Positions 20,807-32,001 of a stretch of 64,000 nt of DNA are shown here, piece by piece (the first letter of the stretch is position 1; each line of letters begins with the position of its first letter). A program made the position numbers and the translations under genes. The DNA comes from an uncultured virus (IMG/VR IMGVR_UViG_3300025018_000139) (Duplodnaviria > Heunggongvirae > Uroviricota > Caudoviricetes). The notes beneath the pieces are model-generated. The model was not told the origin of the DNA. It saw only the letters and a list, made by a program, of their open reading frames with translations, and made no database searches. Where the stretch lies: the IMG/VR virus record IMGVR_UViG_3300025018_000139. One strand, 5' to 3'.

Positions 20807-20835
20807 TTGACTTCCGAAGAAGAAGAGAGTAATAT
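20807..20835 (+). promoter_or_regulatory. Sigma70-type promoter, probably leaderless transcript
   Basis: TTGACT-N17-TAATAT, ATG 20842 after a 6-nt gap. Confidence 0.65.
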
Positions 20836-20841
20836 CGTCAT

Positions 20842-21153
20842 ATGAAACTTTTCTTTTCGATATTTCTTACTTACTTCGGAACCGCCAGCTTTGTTGTTTC
20901 AATAATTTTTGCAATCCTTAAGGCATTTTCTGTGGCAGTAGCTGGCGGTTGGTCTTGGGGCTTTGTTGCTTCGCTGGGAATTATAAGCCTTGCCATGATT
21001 GCTATTGGACAAGTTGTTGCTTGGAGCTTTGCAAAACAAGAGTCTAAAAAAATGTTTAATGGTTTTTCTGACCTTACGGAGAATGCTTATATGAAAGAAA
21101 TCGATTGGCTAAATGGTCCACCAGAAAACCAGGACGAACCTAAAGGAAGGTAA
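20842..21153 (+). CDS. Two-TM membrane protein
   Basis: Two hydrophobic helices linked by GGWSWG. Confidence 0.7.
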   Translation: MKLFFSIFLTYFGTASFVVSIIFAILKAFSVAVAGGWSWGFVASLGIISLAMIAIGQVVAWSFAKQESKKMFNGFSDLTENAYMKEIDWLNGPPENQDEPKGR

Positions 21154-21154
21154 T

Positions 21155-22366
21155 ATGAGCAATTTAGAAAGATATCTAAACGAAAACCATCAAAATCCTG
21201 AAAATCTGGCCGAAGATTTTTCGACCAAATTTGGTGTTAATGTCAAAAATGAAGGAGACTTATATCTCTTCAAATATGGCATTATATCGGCAAAATGGGA
21301 ACCAGAAACTCTTGAATGTCGCGGAAGCATTCTGAAATTTTCGGATAATGATGGATGGGAATTCAAATCTCGTCCATTTGACAAATTCTTTAATCAGCAT
21401 GAGGGCCATTGTCCCGTTTTTGATCCGAAAGTCTTCAATGAAGATCTACTGGAACAGTCTTGCCTTGCGACGAAAGCAGATGGAACATGCATTCAGCTTT
21501 GGCATGATGGCGCCAAGTGGAGAGCTTCGACACTAGGCACGATCACTCCGCTCATGGCCCATGAAAGCAATCTTACATTTGATCAATTGTTTTTCAAGAC
21601 AGTTGGAAATATTATCTGGGATGATCTTGTACCAGAGCTAACATATATTTTTGAGCTTTGCACCGAAGAAAACAGGATTGTAACACAATACCCAGCAGAT
21701 CACGCTGTTCTTCTTGGAGTGAGAGATCGTGTATGGGGAGATTATTATTCTCTTAATGGTGACCTGGAAGATATGATAGAATATGGCCCATTTCGGGAAG
21801 CAAATGTTGTGCTTCCTCAACTAATTTATCCTACACAAATTGGACTTAGGTCTTTAGAGGACGTAAAGCAGTTTATTGAAGAATCGGCAAAAACTGACAA
21901 GTACGGTAAGTACCCAGAAGGATTTGTTCTTTATGATCTGAATTGTTTTCATCCTTTAGCAAAAATGAAAAATTCACAATATGTTAGCCTTCATAGTTTT
22001 GGAGGAGGAGACATTGCTCACAGCAAAAACCAAATCATTGATGCTGTATTTTTAGGGTTTGTGGATGACATTTATGACGTTTTGTCTGATCGGCTCAGGG
22101 AGTTTGCTGACAAAATAAAACAGGAGGCAGAAAGTCTTTTGGAATCAACCCTTTTAACAGCAGAAAATTTGCAAGACAACTGCCCTTTTGAAAGCCGAAA
22201 AGAGTACGCTGCATTTATTCAGCAAAATGCAGACAAAAGGGTTCATTCATTTTTCTTCAAAAATGCAGAAGAATTTATGACCAAAGAGATTCGAGATGTA
22301 TCGCCAAAATTTCGAGGTTGGCTCAACGAAAATTATAAAAAGTTTGATTGGAAAAACGAAGAATGA
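21155..22366 (+). CDS. T4 Rnl1-like RNA ligase
   Basis: ECRG, RPFDKFFN, KADGT (motif I), FEL, EGFVL and AKMKN; GGAAGG RBS before ATG 21155. Confidence 0.9.
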   Translation: MSNLERYLNENHQNPENLAEDFSTKFGVNVKNEGDLYLFKYGIISAKWEPETLECRGSILKFSDNDGWEFKSRPFDKFFNQHEGHCPVFDPKVFNEDLLEQSCLATKADGTCIQLWHDGAKWRASTLGTITPLMAHESNLTFDQLFFKTVGNIIWDDLVPELTYIFELCTEENRIVTQYPADHAVLLGVRDRVWGDYYSLNGDLEDMIEYGPFREANVVLPQLIYPTQIGLRSLEDVKQFIEESAKTDKYGKYPEGFVLYDLNCFHPLAKMKNSQYVSLHSFGGGDIAHSKNQIIDAVFLGFVDDIYDVLSDRLREFADKIKQEAESLLESTLLTAENLQDNCPFESRKEYAAFIQQNADKRVHSFFFKNAEEFMTKEIRDVSPKFRGWLNENYKKFDWKNEE

Positions 22367-22838
22367 AATTTATTATTGAAATTGATGAAAATGAAGTTTT
22401 GGAATACATGCAAGATCATGATCCTGGCATCACAATGCGAATGATTAAGGACTATATTTTTGCTAAAAAAGATCTTATTTGTTCAACTTTACGAAGACAA
22501 ATGGGCTAAGGCGATCGAAGAAGAAAAGTTAAAAAACAAGCCTGTTCCTTGCCATTTAAACAACGATCATAGCCGCCCAGCTTTTGAAGGAGAAGTTTAT
22601 AATGGTAAAGTATTTACATCAAGAGGATGGGAATCAATTAAATGAAACTTAATGACATTATTGAAGAATCGGTATATAAAAGAATTTTTAATGTTGGAGA
22701 TATTGTCGTTGACAACATTCACAATTGCAAATATCAAATAAGTGAAATAAGTTTAATTCACACACCGCTAGGAAAACTAATGAGGTTTGCTTTTTCTAAT
22801 TCGTCTTGCTATCAATACGCTCACTTCTTCTTTAAAAA

Positions 22839-23144
22839 ATGATTGAAAATTGCCCAATATGCGATATGCCAATGATTGACGGCCCTTCGGTCAATCGTCA
22901 TCATTTAATTCCTAAACTAAAAGGCGGAAAAGAAACAGAATTGATGCATACGGTTTGTCATGGAAAGCTTCATAGCCTATGGAGCGAAAACGAACTTAGG
23001 GATACATTCAACAACATTGAAGCAATTCTTGCCGACGAAAGAATTCAAAAATTCATAAAATTTACGAAAAAGCAATTTGAAAGAGATCCAGAATATGTTG
23101 ACAGCAACAAACTTTCGAATAATCACAAGAAAAGAAGAAGATGA
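22839..23144 (+). CDS. Small HNH endonuclease-like protein
   Basis: CPIC...RHHLIPKLKGG...HTVCHGKLH. Confidence 0.8.
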   Translation: MIENCPICDMPMIDGPSVNRHHLIPKLKGGKETELMHTVCHGKLHSLWSENELRDTFNNIEAILADERIQKFIKFTKKQFERDPEYVDSNKLSNNHKKRRR

Positions 23145-24606
23145 ATAAAAAATCAATTGATGTAAAAATTGGAGATTATGTTATGCGTGAAGATGGAATA
23201 ATTTCATTGGTTACAGACGTTCGTCCAAATGCTTGCAATTTCTCTTTTTTGTATGGAACTGATTCTTATGGAGATCAGGGAACGTATATCGGAACAAGCA
23301 GAAATGTCAAAGAATCAACGGAACAAGAATATGAAAAACAAAAGCTTAAAAAGAGTATGTAAAGAAATAGATTTCTCAATATTCCATATTGAGAAATCTA
23401 AAAAGATTTTACGATTCAAGAATTACCAAAAAAATGATTAAAAATTATATTTTCAATGAAAATTTTGAAAAAAATATGTGCGAAACAAACATAGAAGCGC
23501 CAACATTTAGATATAATAGCCCCTTGGAATATATCAATGTTTTTTCTTTTAATTTTACTGGGATGTTATGGCCAAAACCAAAAGATTCCTTTGAATATAA
23601 ACAGAGATTTTATAATCGATGGAATAAGTGGATGAAAATTATAACAAAGGAATCAAATGACATATAACGAAGCTTGGCTAGAAGATGTTTATTCGTTGTT
23701 TGAAACCAACAAAATGAGAAAAGCGATTGATGTTGTTTTTGATAATATTGACAATCTATGTTGCGAACAAAGATTTGAAGAGATAGATGAAATATTATCA
23801 AAAGTTGATTTAGATCGTCTTGATGAAAATTTAATCGTGGCCTTTCTTACAATTTCGTTTGGAGCAAAAAACTATATAAAACAAAGAGCATCTTTTTATG
23901 AAAAAGCTGAATTTAAGCTGCTTGAAGCAAAAGACCCAGATGTGGTAAAGCAAATTCTGAATGGACTAAAATAATGCCCGCCTTTCACGAAAATGGAAAA
24001 GAATTCTTTAAGGAAAGTGTGCTTGCAAAAGATGAAACTTCCATTCTTGTATGGAGAAAAGGAAAATTTCTTGTTTTAGATATAAAGTATAAATATAAAA
24101 CTTGTTGGCGCCAAAGTTGATGCGCCAAGAAATTTATATCTAATGGCATACAGAGAGATGGCTAAGCAAATATTAGAAACAAGTCATGCCGAACATAATG
24201 ATATTGTGTTAGCGAATATAAATTCGCCAAACAAAGGAAAAAAAGTCAGAACAAATTACGTTCGCGGCCCATTGGTCGGATTTGAAGGAACGGTCATAAA
24301 AACTATTAGAGGAAAATCTTATCAATCTGCTAGACTTGTAGAATCATATGATTGCAAAAAAAAGGTAAAGATTGAAGCGAACAGACTGGAAGTCATTGAA
24401 TAGTCTTTTGTTCCTTTAGAATTTGATTTAGATACATTTAATGTAATATGTGATGCTTTGGAATCTATAGGTCTTCTTTTTCTTGATCTAATTATTCAAG
24501 CATATGAGAGAAAAACAAATCTTAAACGGAGCTTTTGGGGTATTACTGAGTCATACCGTCTGCTAGATAGTGCTGAGTGCCCAAGAAGATAATTTGAGTG
24601 CGCCTG

Positions 24607-24634
24607 TTGACACTCTCTTGTCCGTGCCTATATT
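24607..24634 (+). promoter_or_regulatory. Sigma70-type promoter
   Basis: TTGACA-N16-TATATT, AAGGA RBS before 24656. Confidence 0.75.
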
Positions 24635-24655
24635 GTAGGCAGAAGGAACTCAAAT

Positions 24656-25375
24656 ATGAACGTAACCACCGCCCTACAAGAACACGGTCCTTGGCTCTCT
24701 ATGGGAGAGCTGGTCAAGCTTACTGGTCAAGATGCGCCAACGCTTCGCCTTGAACTGAAAGAAAAGATCAAGGATGGAACTTTTCAAATCACTGGACAGA
24801 AGCGCGGAACACGTTATGCGCTAGCTAGTGCAAAGGTTCCTGATTCCAAGGACGATCTTGACTACAAGGCGGCCATCCTTGAAATTATGGAAGAAGCGAA
24901 GGATCATGTTTCTCGCAAGTTTTTGTGCGAAAAGCTTGACACTTATGATGCAAAGATCCGTCCTTCGCTTCTTGCATTGGTTGAGGAGGGAATTGTCGTA
25001 GACAATGGGAAAAAGAAGGGGCAGCTATTTTGGCTTGCGAAGCACGAGAAGGCTGGGGTTGTGGAGAAGCCTGCCCCGCCTGCTCCGAAGGCTGCCAAGC
25101 CCGTAGAGATTTCGCATAGTGAGAAGCCAGTCGTCACCGATGTTGACGAGCTAGTTCGAATGGGTGTAAACTCTCTTATGGTTGGAATTCCAATGTTGGT
25201 CTCAGAACTCAAGTCCGAAATTATGTCCGTTGCGCAGCACAATTTCAGTTCAAGTGCAGTTTTTGCGGCCTTTCATCGAATGTTCAAAGATGGGAAGCTT
25301 CCCCGAATGCGAAGCGAAAACCGCAATCAACATGGAGATGGGTTTCGAACGTTTTATTGGAAGGAAAATATCTAA
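24656..25375 (+). CDS. Tandem winged-helix DNA-binding protein
   Basis: Repeated helix-plus-wing units ending in GQKRGTRY and GKKKGQLF. Confidence 0.65.
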   Translation: MNVTTALQEHGPWLSMGELVKLTGQDAPTLRLELKEKIKDGTFQITGQKRGTRYALASAKVPDSKDDLDYKAAILEIMEEAKDHVSRKFLCEKLDTYDAKIRPSLLALVEEGIVVDNGKKKGQLFWLAKHEKAGVVEKPAPPAPKAAKPVEISHSEKPVVTDVDELVRMGVNSLMVGIPMLVSELKSEIMSVAQHNFSSSAVFAAFHRMFKDGKLPRMRSENRNQHGDGFRTFYWKENI

Positions 25376-25570
25376 TGAAAAATCTATCTAAAAATGAAAT
25401 TTGGGTTAGGTTCGCGGTTGCTTGCTACCAACCTGGGAATGTCTCATATTGCAGCAGTTTATCTGAAAAAGCAAATAGTGCCGCAATGGGCGCAGATGAG
25501 CTTTTTAAAGAATATCTAAAGCGATTTCCTGAAGAAAAAGAAAAAACATTGCTCAAGGAAGGATTATAAA

Positions 25571-25960
25571 ATGGAAACTCTTGAAACAATTGGTCTAGAA
25601 GCAAAACAGGTTCCCGACCTTGTTCATGTACGTGATTTGGAGTATTTTGACGGCCCACTTCTAAGTGAGCTTTCTGATAAATATTCAAATTTATACATTG
25701 AAAAGCTTTGCTCTTGCGACCAAGAAAAACAACGAACATTAATTGTTCGTTCAGATGAAAAGAGTATCTCTGAATACTTGAGCCTAGACCTAACAATGTT
25801 TGGATTGATGATTGAGAGGAGTTCAAACATTGGATGGCTATGTGATTATTACAACGATGGAAATCGAAAATTCTATGTTGTTGAAGTAAGTGAATTGCCG
25901 AAAAAATACTTGCCATCATTTTACACTTACCACGATCCTATCACGGATGAAGAGGAGTAA
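25571..25960 (+). CDS. Conserved hypothetical protein
   Basis: LEYFDGPLLS and LPKKYLP motifs recalled from DUF6575-like proteins. Confidence 0.45.
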   Translation: METLETIGLEAKQVPDLVHVRDLEYFDGPLLSELSDKYSNLYIEKLCSCDQEKQRTLIVRSDEKSISEYLSLDLTMFGLMIERSSNIGWLCDYYNDGNRKFYVVEVSELPKKYLPSFYTYHDPITDEEE

Positions 25961-26279
25961 TTTTATGAAAAACACAAATACTTTCAAGGTTGACAACGTT
26001 TCAAAAATGAGCCATGATCCCATTGGTCAGCATTTTATGATTCAAAACAATAAATTTCCACTTGTTTATTTTCGCAATGAAAAAGCTCGTTTTTGGGCCG
26101 ACAATACCGTTTTGAGCGGAGTATCCGCAACAGAATATGTTGCACAGCAAGCTTCAATATACGGAAAAAAATACTTAATTCTCCATCCAGAGGAAGATAA
26201 GGAAAACATTCCTTTTGATTATGATGGATGGGTTATTCGGTTTCCAAACTATGGAAAAGAAAACTTTTCAAATTAAGTT

Positions 26280-26738
26280 ATGAACACGTTTGATTTTGGA
26301 GATGGCAAAGGTCCGGTTCCCGCGAAGCGGCATATCAATCCTAATGGAGAAGAAGGTGGCTGGGTGGCTGATTCGGCCTATGTGGCATCGTCTGTCTTGG
26401 TTGCTAGAAATGCAATGGTTTTTCAAAATGCTGAAGTTTGGGGGAAGGCTGAAATATGGCAAGATGCTAAAGTTTTCGGATTTGCCAAAGTTTTCAATAA
26501 TGCGATAATTTCTGATAAAGCAGAAGTTTTTGGGACTGCTCGGGTTTTTGAAAATTCTATAGTTTCAGGAAAATCAAAAATAAAAGGAAAATCAAAAATA
26601 AAAGGAAAATCAAAAATTATTGACAAAATTTTTCAATTTGATTTTTATTATTCCGACATCACTGACAATGATGATTATGAAGAAATAAAATACGAAACTA
26701 ATAAAATGGAATGGAAAACAGCATATGAAAACCAATGA
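26280..26738 (+). CDS. Hexapeptide-repeat protein, copy E
   Basis: Head FDFGDGKGPVPAKRHINPNGEEGGWVADSA, tail FQFDFYYSDI. Confidence 0.9.
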   Translation: MNTFDFGDGKGPVPAKRHINPNGEEGGWVADSAYVASSVLVARNAMVFQNAEVWGKAEIWQDAKVFGFAKVFNNAIISDKAEVFGTARVFENSIVSGKSKIKGKSKIKGKSKIIDKIFQFDFYYSDITDNDDYEEIKYETNKMEWKTAYENQ

Positions 26739-27297
26739 AGAAAAATGGATAGAAGGACTTCCTAGCAAAGCTGGCAACTATTGGTTTTTCATTCTTCACA
26801 AAGACAAGAAACGATATCCAGGAACAGTCCAGCAAGGAGTCTGTCTCAAATTAGATGGAAAACACTTTTCGGTATGCAACGGCAACGGCATTTTGTTTGT
26901 TGAGGACTTTGGCCTTGACTCTCCAAACAAGATTTGGCATATTCCATTAAAAACGCCAAGTCCTCCAAATTATAAAAAGGAATAAAAATAAATGACATCA
27001 TCATTACCACAAGACATGAAAAATGCATCAAATCAAAAAGCAGAAGGCGATCGCTACATTCTGGCAAGGTTTCATCTGATCTATGGAACAATCGTTGAAG
27101 ATTCAAACAACTCTCTTGAAGATCTTTTGGGTCAAATACCTAATTTCTTGCATTCAGAAGAATCGGAAAATTTAAGCGTTTGCGAAGTTGAAGAGTGGAG
27201 GATTGATAAAAATGATTCTTCAAACTTAATTCCAACAAAACTGGAAACTCTTTTTACAATTTTGCATTATGCAGATCCTATAGAAGATAGGTAAAGT

Positions 27298-27957
27298 TTG
27301 GCAAATAAGAATTTTGAAAAATTCTTTGATTTCAATGGAAATGGTTTGGTTCCAGCCCATCGGCATAAAAATCCTGATGGATCGGAAGGAGGTTGGGTTG
27401 CGGATTCGGCTTTTGTTTCAAATTCAGCTTATATTGGATATAATGCTCAGGTTTCTGGATGCGCACGAATAAACAATAATGCTAAAATTTTTCATAATGC
27501 TAAAATTTTTGAAAATGCAGAGATTCATGATGAAGTTGTAGTTTGTGGGGATGCCAAAGTTTTTGGCAGAGCAAGATTATGGAATAATGTTATCATAAAT
27601 GACAGCGCTCAGGTTTTTGGCTACGCTGACATTTCAGATAATGCAGAAATATGTGGAATGGCTCTCGTCTATGGAGGGGCAGAAGTCTCTGGTTTTGCAA
27701 AAATTTATGGAGAAGCTCAGGCTTATGGAAGTGCAATAATATGTGACGAAGCAGAGGTATGCGGAAAATCTTCTGTCACAGAAAATTCTAAAATTTATGG
27801 AAAGTCCAAAATTCAAGGAAAATCAAAGATTCAAGGAAAATCAAAAATGAAAGATAAGTTATTTAAATTTAATTTTTGTTATTCAAACATTATTTGCGAA
27901 GAAGCCTCTGAAAAAGAAGAAGAAAAAGAAAAGGAAGTAAAAAATGAACGAACCTGA
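27298..27957 (+). CDS. Hexapeptide-repeat protein, copy F (longest complete copy, most diverged)
   Basis: Head FDFNGNGLVPAHRHKNPDGSEGGWVADSA, tail FKFNFCYSNI. Confidence 0.88.
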   Translation: MANKNFEKFFDFNGNGLVPAHRHKNPDGSEGGWVADSAFVSNSAYIGYNAQVSGCARINNNAKIFHNAKIFENAEIHDEVVVCGDAKVFGRARLWNNVIINDSAQVFGYADISDNAEICGMALVYGGAEVSGFAKIYGEAQAYGSAIICDEAEVCGKSSVTENSKIYGKSKIQGKSKIQGKSKMKDKLFKFNFCYSNIICEEASEKEEEKEKEVKNERT

Positions 27958-28318
27958 AACATTGAGAGGCTATACTAAAGCCCTAAAAATGAAAGGAAAT
28001 TTTGAAATTGAAATTTCTTAATATAATAAAACATATTGTTATTGATGTTCTGGCCCTTATTTCGCTTTTTATGCTTTTCTGGAAGCCTGAAATGCAATCT
28101 GATCAAATCATTCAAGCTGGTTTTATTGTCATAACATTTTATATTCTTTTTCCGCTTGCTATAATAAAATTTATTGCTAACAAAAGAAATTTCCCATTCT
28201 TTTTTCGGCCATCTTTTGTAAAGAAAACTAAAAGATGGTAGCAAGAACAATAATACACACCCAGAAAGCTTGGTGGAGAAGCATTTAAAAGAAGATTTAT
28301 GTTGCCAAAGAAAGAAGG

Positions 28319-28347
28319 TTGACAACGGTTGGAATCGTGGCTATATT
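28319..28347 (+). promoter_or_regulatory. Sigma70-type promoter, probably leaderless transcript
   Basis: TTGACA-N17-TATATT, ATG 28354 after a 6-nt gap. Confidence 0.75.
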
Positions 28348-28353
28348 CTAGCT

Positions 28354-29088
28354 ATGCCCGCTCCCGCAAAGAAAAAGAACACCGTAAAGGCGGCGACCCC
28401 GCCACAAACCCTAAACTTCCTAAAGCCCAAAAAGCTTGGTGATTCAAAGAGCAAAGCTGCAAAAAAGCAAAAACCCGTTTCTCATTTTCCGACCGAATCA
28501 AAGTGTCAACGTCCTTCATTCTCTGAGTTGATGGACGAATTTGCGGCGGCAGATGCCGTTGCTTCCGCAGCTCTGCGAAAAGTGGCAGAGCATAAAGCAA
28601 CCCTGAAAAGTTTCTTGCTAGAGAACTTTGCTCGCACTTGGGCAAACGAGAAGGAACGACCGGCAACTCGCACCTGGAAGGCCGTCAGGTCAAGTCTCGA
28701 TTACGTGATGACGAGCAACATCACCTTCACCGCCAGCAAGCAGGAAGAGATTGAAGGGGAACTTGGCATTGATATGAGCGAATATTTTGAAGTGACCGGA
28801 TTCAAGATTGATCTCAAAAAGCTTCAAAGCAATGAAGCCTATTTCAATGCCTTTGTTGAGTTTATCGGAAAAATTTCCGAAGAGGACATTGAAAGCAACG
28901 AATTTGTGGAACGACAGTTCAAGCTGAAAGATAACTTTTTCAACAGGCTTTCTGAAATTTGTGACAACAATTCTGATCGACTTTATAGTATGCTTAAAAT
29001 TCTTGATCCGCGAGCAAACTTCAAGAATGTTGCATCGTCAGACAAAGAAGAAGATTTGTTTGATATTGTCAAAAATATGAATGGATAG
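28354..29088 (+). CDS. Hypothetical early protein with basic, low-complexity N-terminus
   Basis: Start revised to MPAPAKKK downstream of the promoter. Confidence 0.7.
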   Translation: MPAPAKKKNTVKAATPPQTLNFLKPKKLGDSKSKAAKKQKPVSHFPTESKCQRPSFSELMDEFAAADAVASAALRKVAEHKATLKSFLLENFARTWANEKERPATRTWKAVRSSLDYVMTSNITFTASKQEEIEGELGIDMSEYFEVTGFKIDLKKLQSNEAYFNAFVEFIGKISEEDIESNEFVERQFKLKDNFFNRLSEICDNNSDRLYSMLKILDPRANFKNVASSDKEEDLFDIVKNMNG

Positions 29089-29225
29089 CAAGATGAAATT
29101 AGCATTTTTACTTGTAACCCTACCAGCTTTATGGATATTTGGAACATTTTTCAGGTGCAACTGTTCATCTTGTGAAATAGGTGATTTTTGGCTTTGCACC
29201 AAAACTAACAGAAAAGAGAAAAACG

Positions 29226-29522
29226 ATGGCTGAAGTTAAAAACGTTGTTGAAAAAAAGACTAATCTAAAGAAGCCTAGGAAATATCATGTCATTTTTATC
29301 AATGACGATTATACTCCTTTTGACTTCGTAGAAATGGTTCTTATGCAAGTCTTTCATAAGACCAAAGATGAAGCATTTGCAATTGCAACTTCTGTTCATA
29401 AGCAGGGAAAAGGCATTGCTGGAACCTTTACTCATGAGATTGCAGAAACAAAAGTCTGCCAAGTCGAAATGATCACCAAAAATACCGAATACCCTCTAAC
29501 TGTAACAATGGAGCCAGAGTAA
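29226..29522 (+). CDS. clpS: ATP-dependent Clp protease adaptor ClpS
   Basis: YHVIFINDDYTPFDFV, VHKQGKGIAG, EIAETK and YPLTVTMEPE motifs. Confidence 0.93.
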   Translation: MAEVKNVVEKKTNLKKPRKYHVIFINDDYTPFDFVEMVLMQVFHKTKDEAFAIATSVHKQGKGIAGTFTHEIAETKVCQVEMITKNTEYPLTVTMEPE

Positions 29523-29703
29523 TGAACAATTCAAAACCTACGTACCCAGAGCTTTTAAAGGCATTTGTTTTCTCTTGCAAAGTAAATCCAAATGAAGAGC
29601 AAAAAAAATATATTTCAGAAGTCATTGCATCGCTAATGAACTCTGAAGATTGGGAAAAAGAAACAAATTCAGAATTTAAAGAGAAAAAGAGCTTGGCATA
29701 ATA

Positions 29704-29874
29704 ATGAACTATTATGCTCGGAGAATGAAGCTCTGTCCTCGGTGCCAAGGCTGTGGTGTCACACGTCTGGAGACGTTTCTGTGCAGCTTCGCAGATCTCT
29801 TGGCGGCGTTCCTAGGAACGCCAATGATCCCCGCACCATGCTCGGGCTGCAAAGGCACAGGCTTAGTGAAATGA
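29704..29874 (+). CDS. 56-aa DnaJ-type zinc-finger microprotein (absent from the ORF track)
   Basis: CPRCQGCG ... CSGCKGTG, two CxxCxGxG motifs. Confidence 0.7.
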   Translation: MNYYARRMKLCPRCQGCGVTRLETFLCSFADLLAAFLGTPMIPAPCSGCKGTGLVK

Positions 29875-30013
29875 TGGAGAAGGTTTGATGGAAAGTACAA
29901 CTAAATTATCTTTTCCTTTATGTAAAGGAGAAGGATGCAGACAATATACCGGAAAAGTAAATCAAAAAAATTGTCTTTGGTGCCAGAGAAGAATTAAGCA
30001 AAGGGGAATAAAA

Positions 30014-30409
30014 ATGGAGATTAAAAACAATGAGACATGGCTTGAAAATAGCCGACAAGATCTAAGAAAATTAGAGGATCTAAAGCCTGGCTGGGATGGT
30101 TACAACGCTCCTCCAATTGAAACTGCGGCAATCACCCATGCAAGCCGGTTTCTAAATTTTCTTTCATCAATTATTAAAGAAAATAAAGAATATGAGTTCA
30201 GTTTAGAAGTTAATGGTACAAATAATGGAGGGGTACGACTTTTTATTACTACTGGATTGACAAAAAATGACGAAACCGATGGAATTCAAATTGAATTTGA
30301 TCGTCATGGAATTACGTTCTTTCAGTTTGCAAAAAGTGAAGGAAAAAATCTTAGCGGCTTGTATACAGCCAGCTTAGCCAATATATTTGCTAAATTGATT
30401 GACGATTAA
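30014..30409 (+). CDS. Conserved hypothetical protein
   Basis: LEDLKPGWDGYNAPPI motif; weakly similar to the 37958 ORF. Confidence 0.55.
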   Translation: MEIKNNETWLENSRQDLRKLEDLKPGWDGYNAPPIETAAITHASRFLNFLSSIIKENKEYEFSLEVNGTNNGGVRLFITTGLTKNDETDGIQIEFDRHGITFFQFAKSEGKNLSGLYTASLANIFAKLIDD

Positions 30410-30593
30410 AATTAGTAAAATATAGTATGGCAACTATAGAAGAGATTATAGAGTTTATAGTAGAAGGAAAAGGAAAGACCTTTAACGAAATCGTAAAACA
30501 CTTTGACGAGCATGAATTTGAATTAAGTGAAAAATTAAGATATGCTGAAACAAAAGGTTTTATTGTAAGAAAGAATAAGAAAGAAGTAGAAAT

Positions 30594-30881
30594 TTGGGCT
30601 CCATAAATATTTCATATCGAACAATTTATTTTCGACCCAAACTTGCTATTGATTTTAGGATTCCGGTTGCAGCCTTGATCCAAACACCAAAAGGCTCTGC
30701 CTTTATAGAGGCAGATAACCTACCAAGCAAAGACTTTCTTGGGGCTGCAAGTCATTCATTGCTTGAATTTGTTCTTGATAAAATTTCAAAAGAAAATGTT
30801 TGGGATAAATTGCCGGATTTTGTAGGTCCGCACTTTGAACTTGGAGATATTGACTTGGAAATATTAAGTTGCTCAAGATAA
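30594..30881 (+). CDS. DUF3037-like hypothetical protein
   Basis: YRTIYFRP...RIPVAALI resembles the DUF3037 N-terminus. Confidence 0.4.
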   Translation: MGSINISYRTIYFRPKLAIDFRIPVAALIQTPKGSAFIEADNLPSKDFLGAASHSLLEFVLDKISKENVWDKLPDFVGPHFELGDIDLEILSCSR

Positions 30882-31311
30882 AAGATGGGGTTGCTGTGAA
30901 GGAAAATTTTTGTGCTTGCCTCTTGCCAAGTGGTGAAGTGTGATTAAGTTGAGGTGGAGAGGAACCAACCAAAATGATTGACGCCATCGCAAAACTCGTT
31001 CAACTATTCTTCATCTTCTGGATTCATATGCTTTGGGGCTCGGCTGTAGTTTTTGCACTCGCATATCTTGTTTTTCAAGTGATTGCAGCTCTTGTCGCCC
31101 AGAGCTAGAAAGAAATAAAAATGAGCATCGGTATTATTGTTTTTCTAGTTGTTACCTTTATGGGCGTCGCCCTAAGTCAGGGCAACGCTTCTGCCGCCCT
31201 AACAGTTTTCGGATACTTTCTTGCCTTTGTTTGCATTAGCATCCTTCTAATCTTTGGATGCGTAACGGCTTACACAATGCTAATCCATCACCTTTGGAAC
31301 ATGTGATTTAA

Positions 31312-32001
31312 ATGTCAAATGAAAACGAATCTGACACGGATACTGGATTTCCCATTTACAGCGGAAACATCATGTATCCGCCGAGGCCAAAGGTCTCAAT
31401 TCCGCCAGAAAAAATTATTGATTACGAAAAGAAGGGATACGTTGCGCAGCTAAAGTTCAACGGAACGCGAACCCTTGTAGAGATGAAGCCGGGTGGAGAG
31501 ATCAAGCTGTGGACCCGAAACCGTGAGCCCCACAAGGCTTACACTCTGTCTGAAGGAATGAAGGCAGACCTTATGGAGTTTCATGAATCCTCAGACCCAG
31601 ACAAGCATGTTGTTTTGGATGGAGAATTGATGCATAGCAAAACCAAGGGTCTGAAAGATGTTTTTATTGCTTTTGATATCCTTGTATGCGAAGACAATTA
31701 TTTCATTGACATGAAAATGCTTGAAAGGTTTCGAATTCTCGATGAAATCATGGGAGAGCAAGATGATCGGGAAAAACAAACTGGTAGGGAAATTGCTATT
31801 TACGTGAGAGACCATCTTTGGCTGGCTGATACATTTGTCTACGATCTTGCTGGTCAATTTGAGCGATTCAAGGATATGGATGAAGTCGAAGGATTGGTCC
31901 TTAAAAATCCTGACGCAAAACTTGAGCGCGGACATTCAGAAAATAATAACTCATCTTGGCTGATTCGAGCACGCAAACCGAACAAGAATTACAGGTTCTA
32001 A
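31312..32001 (+). CDS. Minimal ATP-dependent DNA ligase-type nucleotidyltransferase (adenylation domain only)
   Basis: KFNGTR (I), LDGEL (III), AFDIL (IIIa), EGLVLK (IV) and WLIRARK (V); no OB domain. Confidence 0.82.
   Translation: MSNENESDTDTGFPIYSGNIMYPPRPKVSIPPEKIIDYEKKGYVAQLKFNGTRTLVEMKPGGEIKLWTRNREPHKAYTLSEGMKADLMEFHESSDPDKHVVLDGELMHSKTKGLKDVFIAFDILVCEDNYFIDMKMLERFRILDEIMGEQDDREKQTGREIAIYVRDHLWLADTFVYDLAGQFERFKDMDEVEGLVLKNPDAKLERGHSENNNSSWLIRARKPNKNYRF

Noticed and set aside
22363..22645. Two overlapping short ORFs around an A6G run, possible programmed frameshift
   Set aside because: Joining needs a +1 shift that does not fit the A_AAA_AAG -1 phase, and no homology evidence is available
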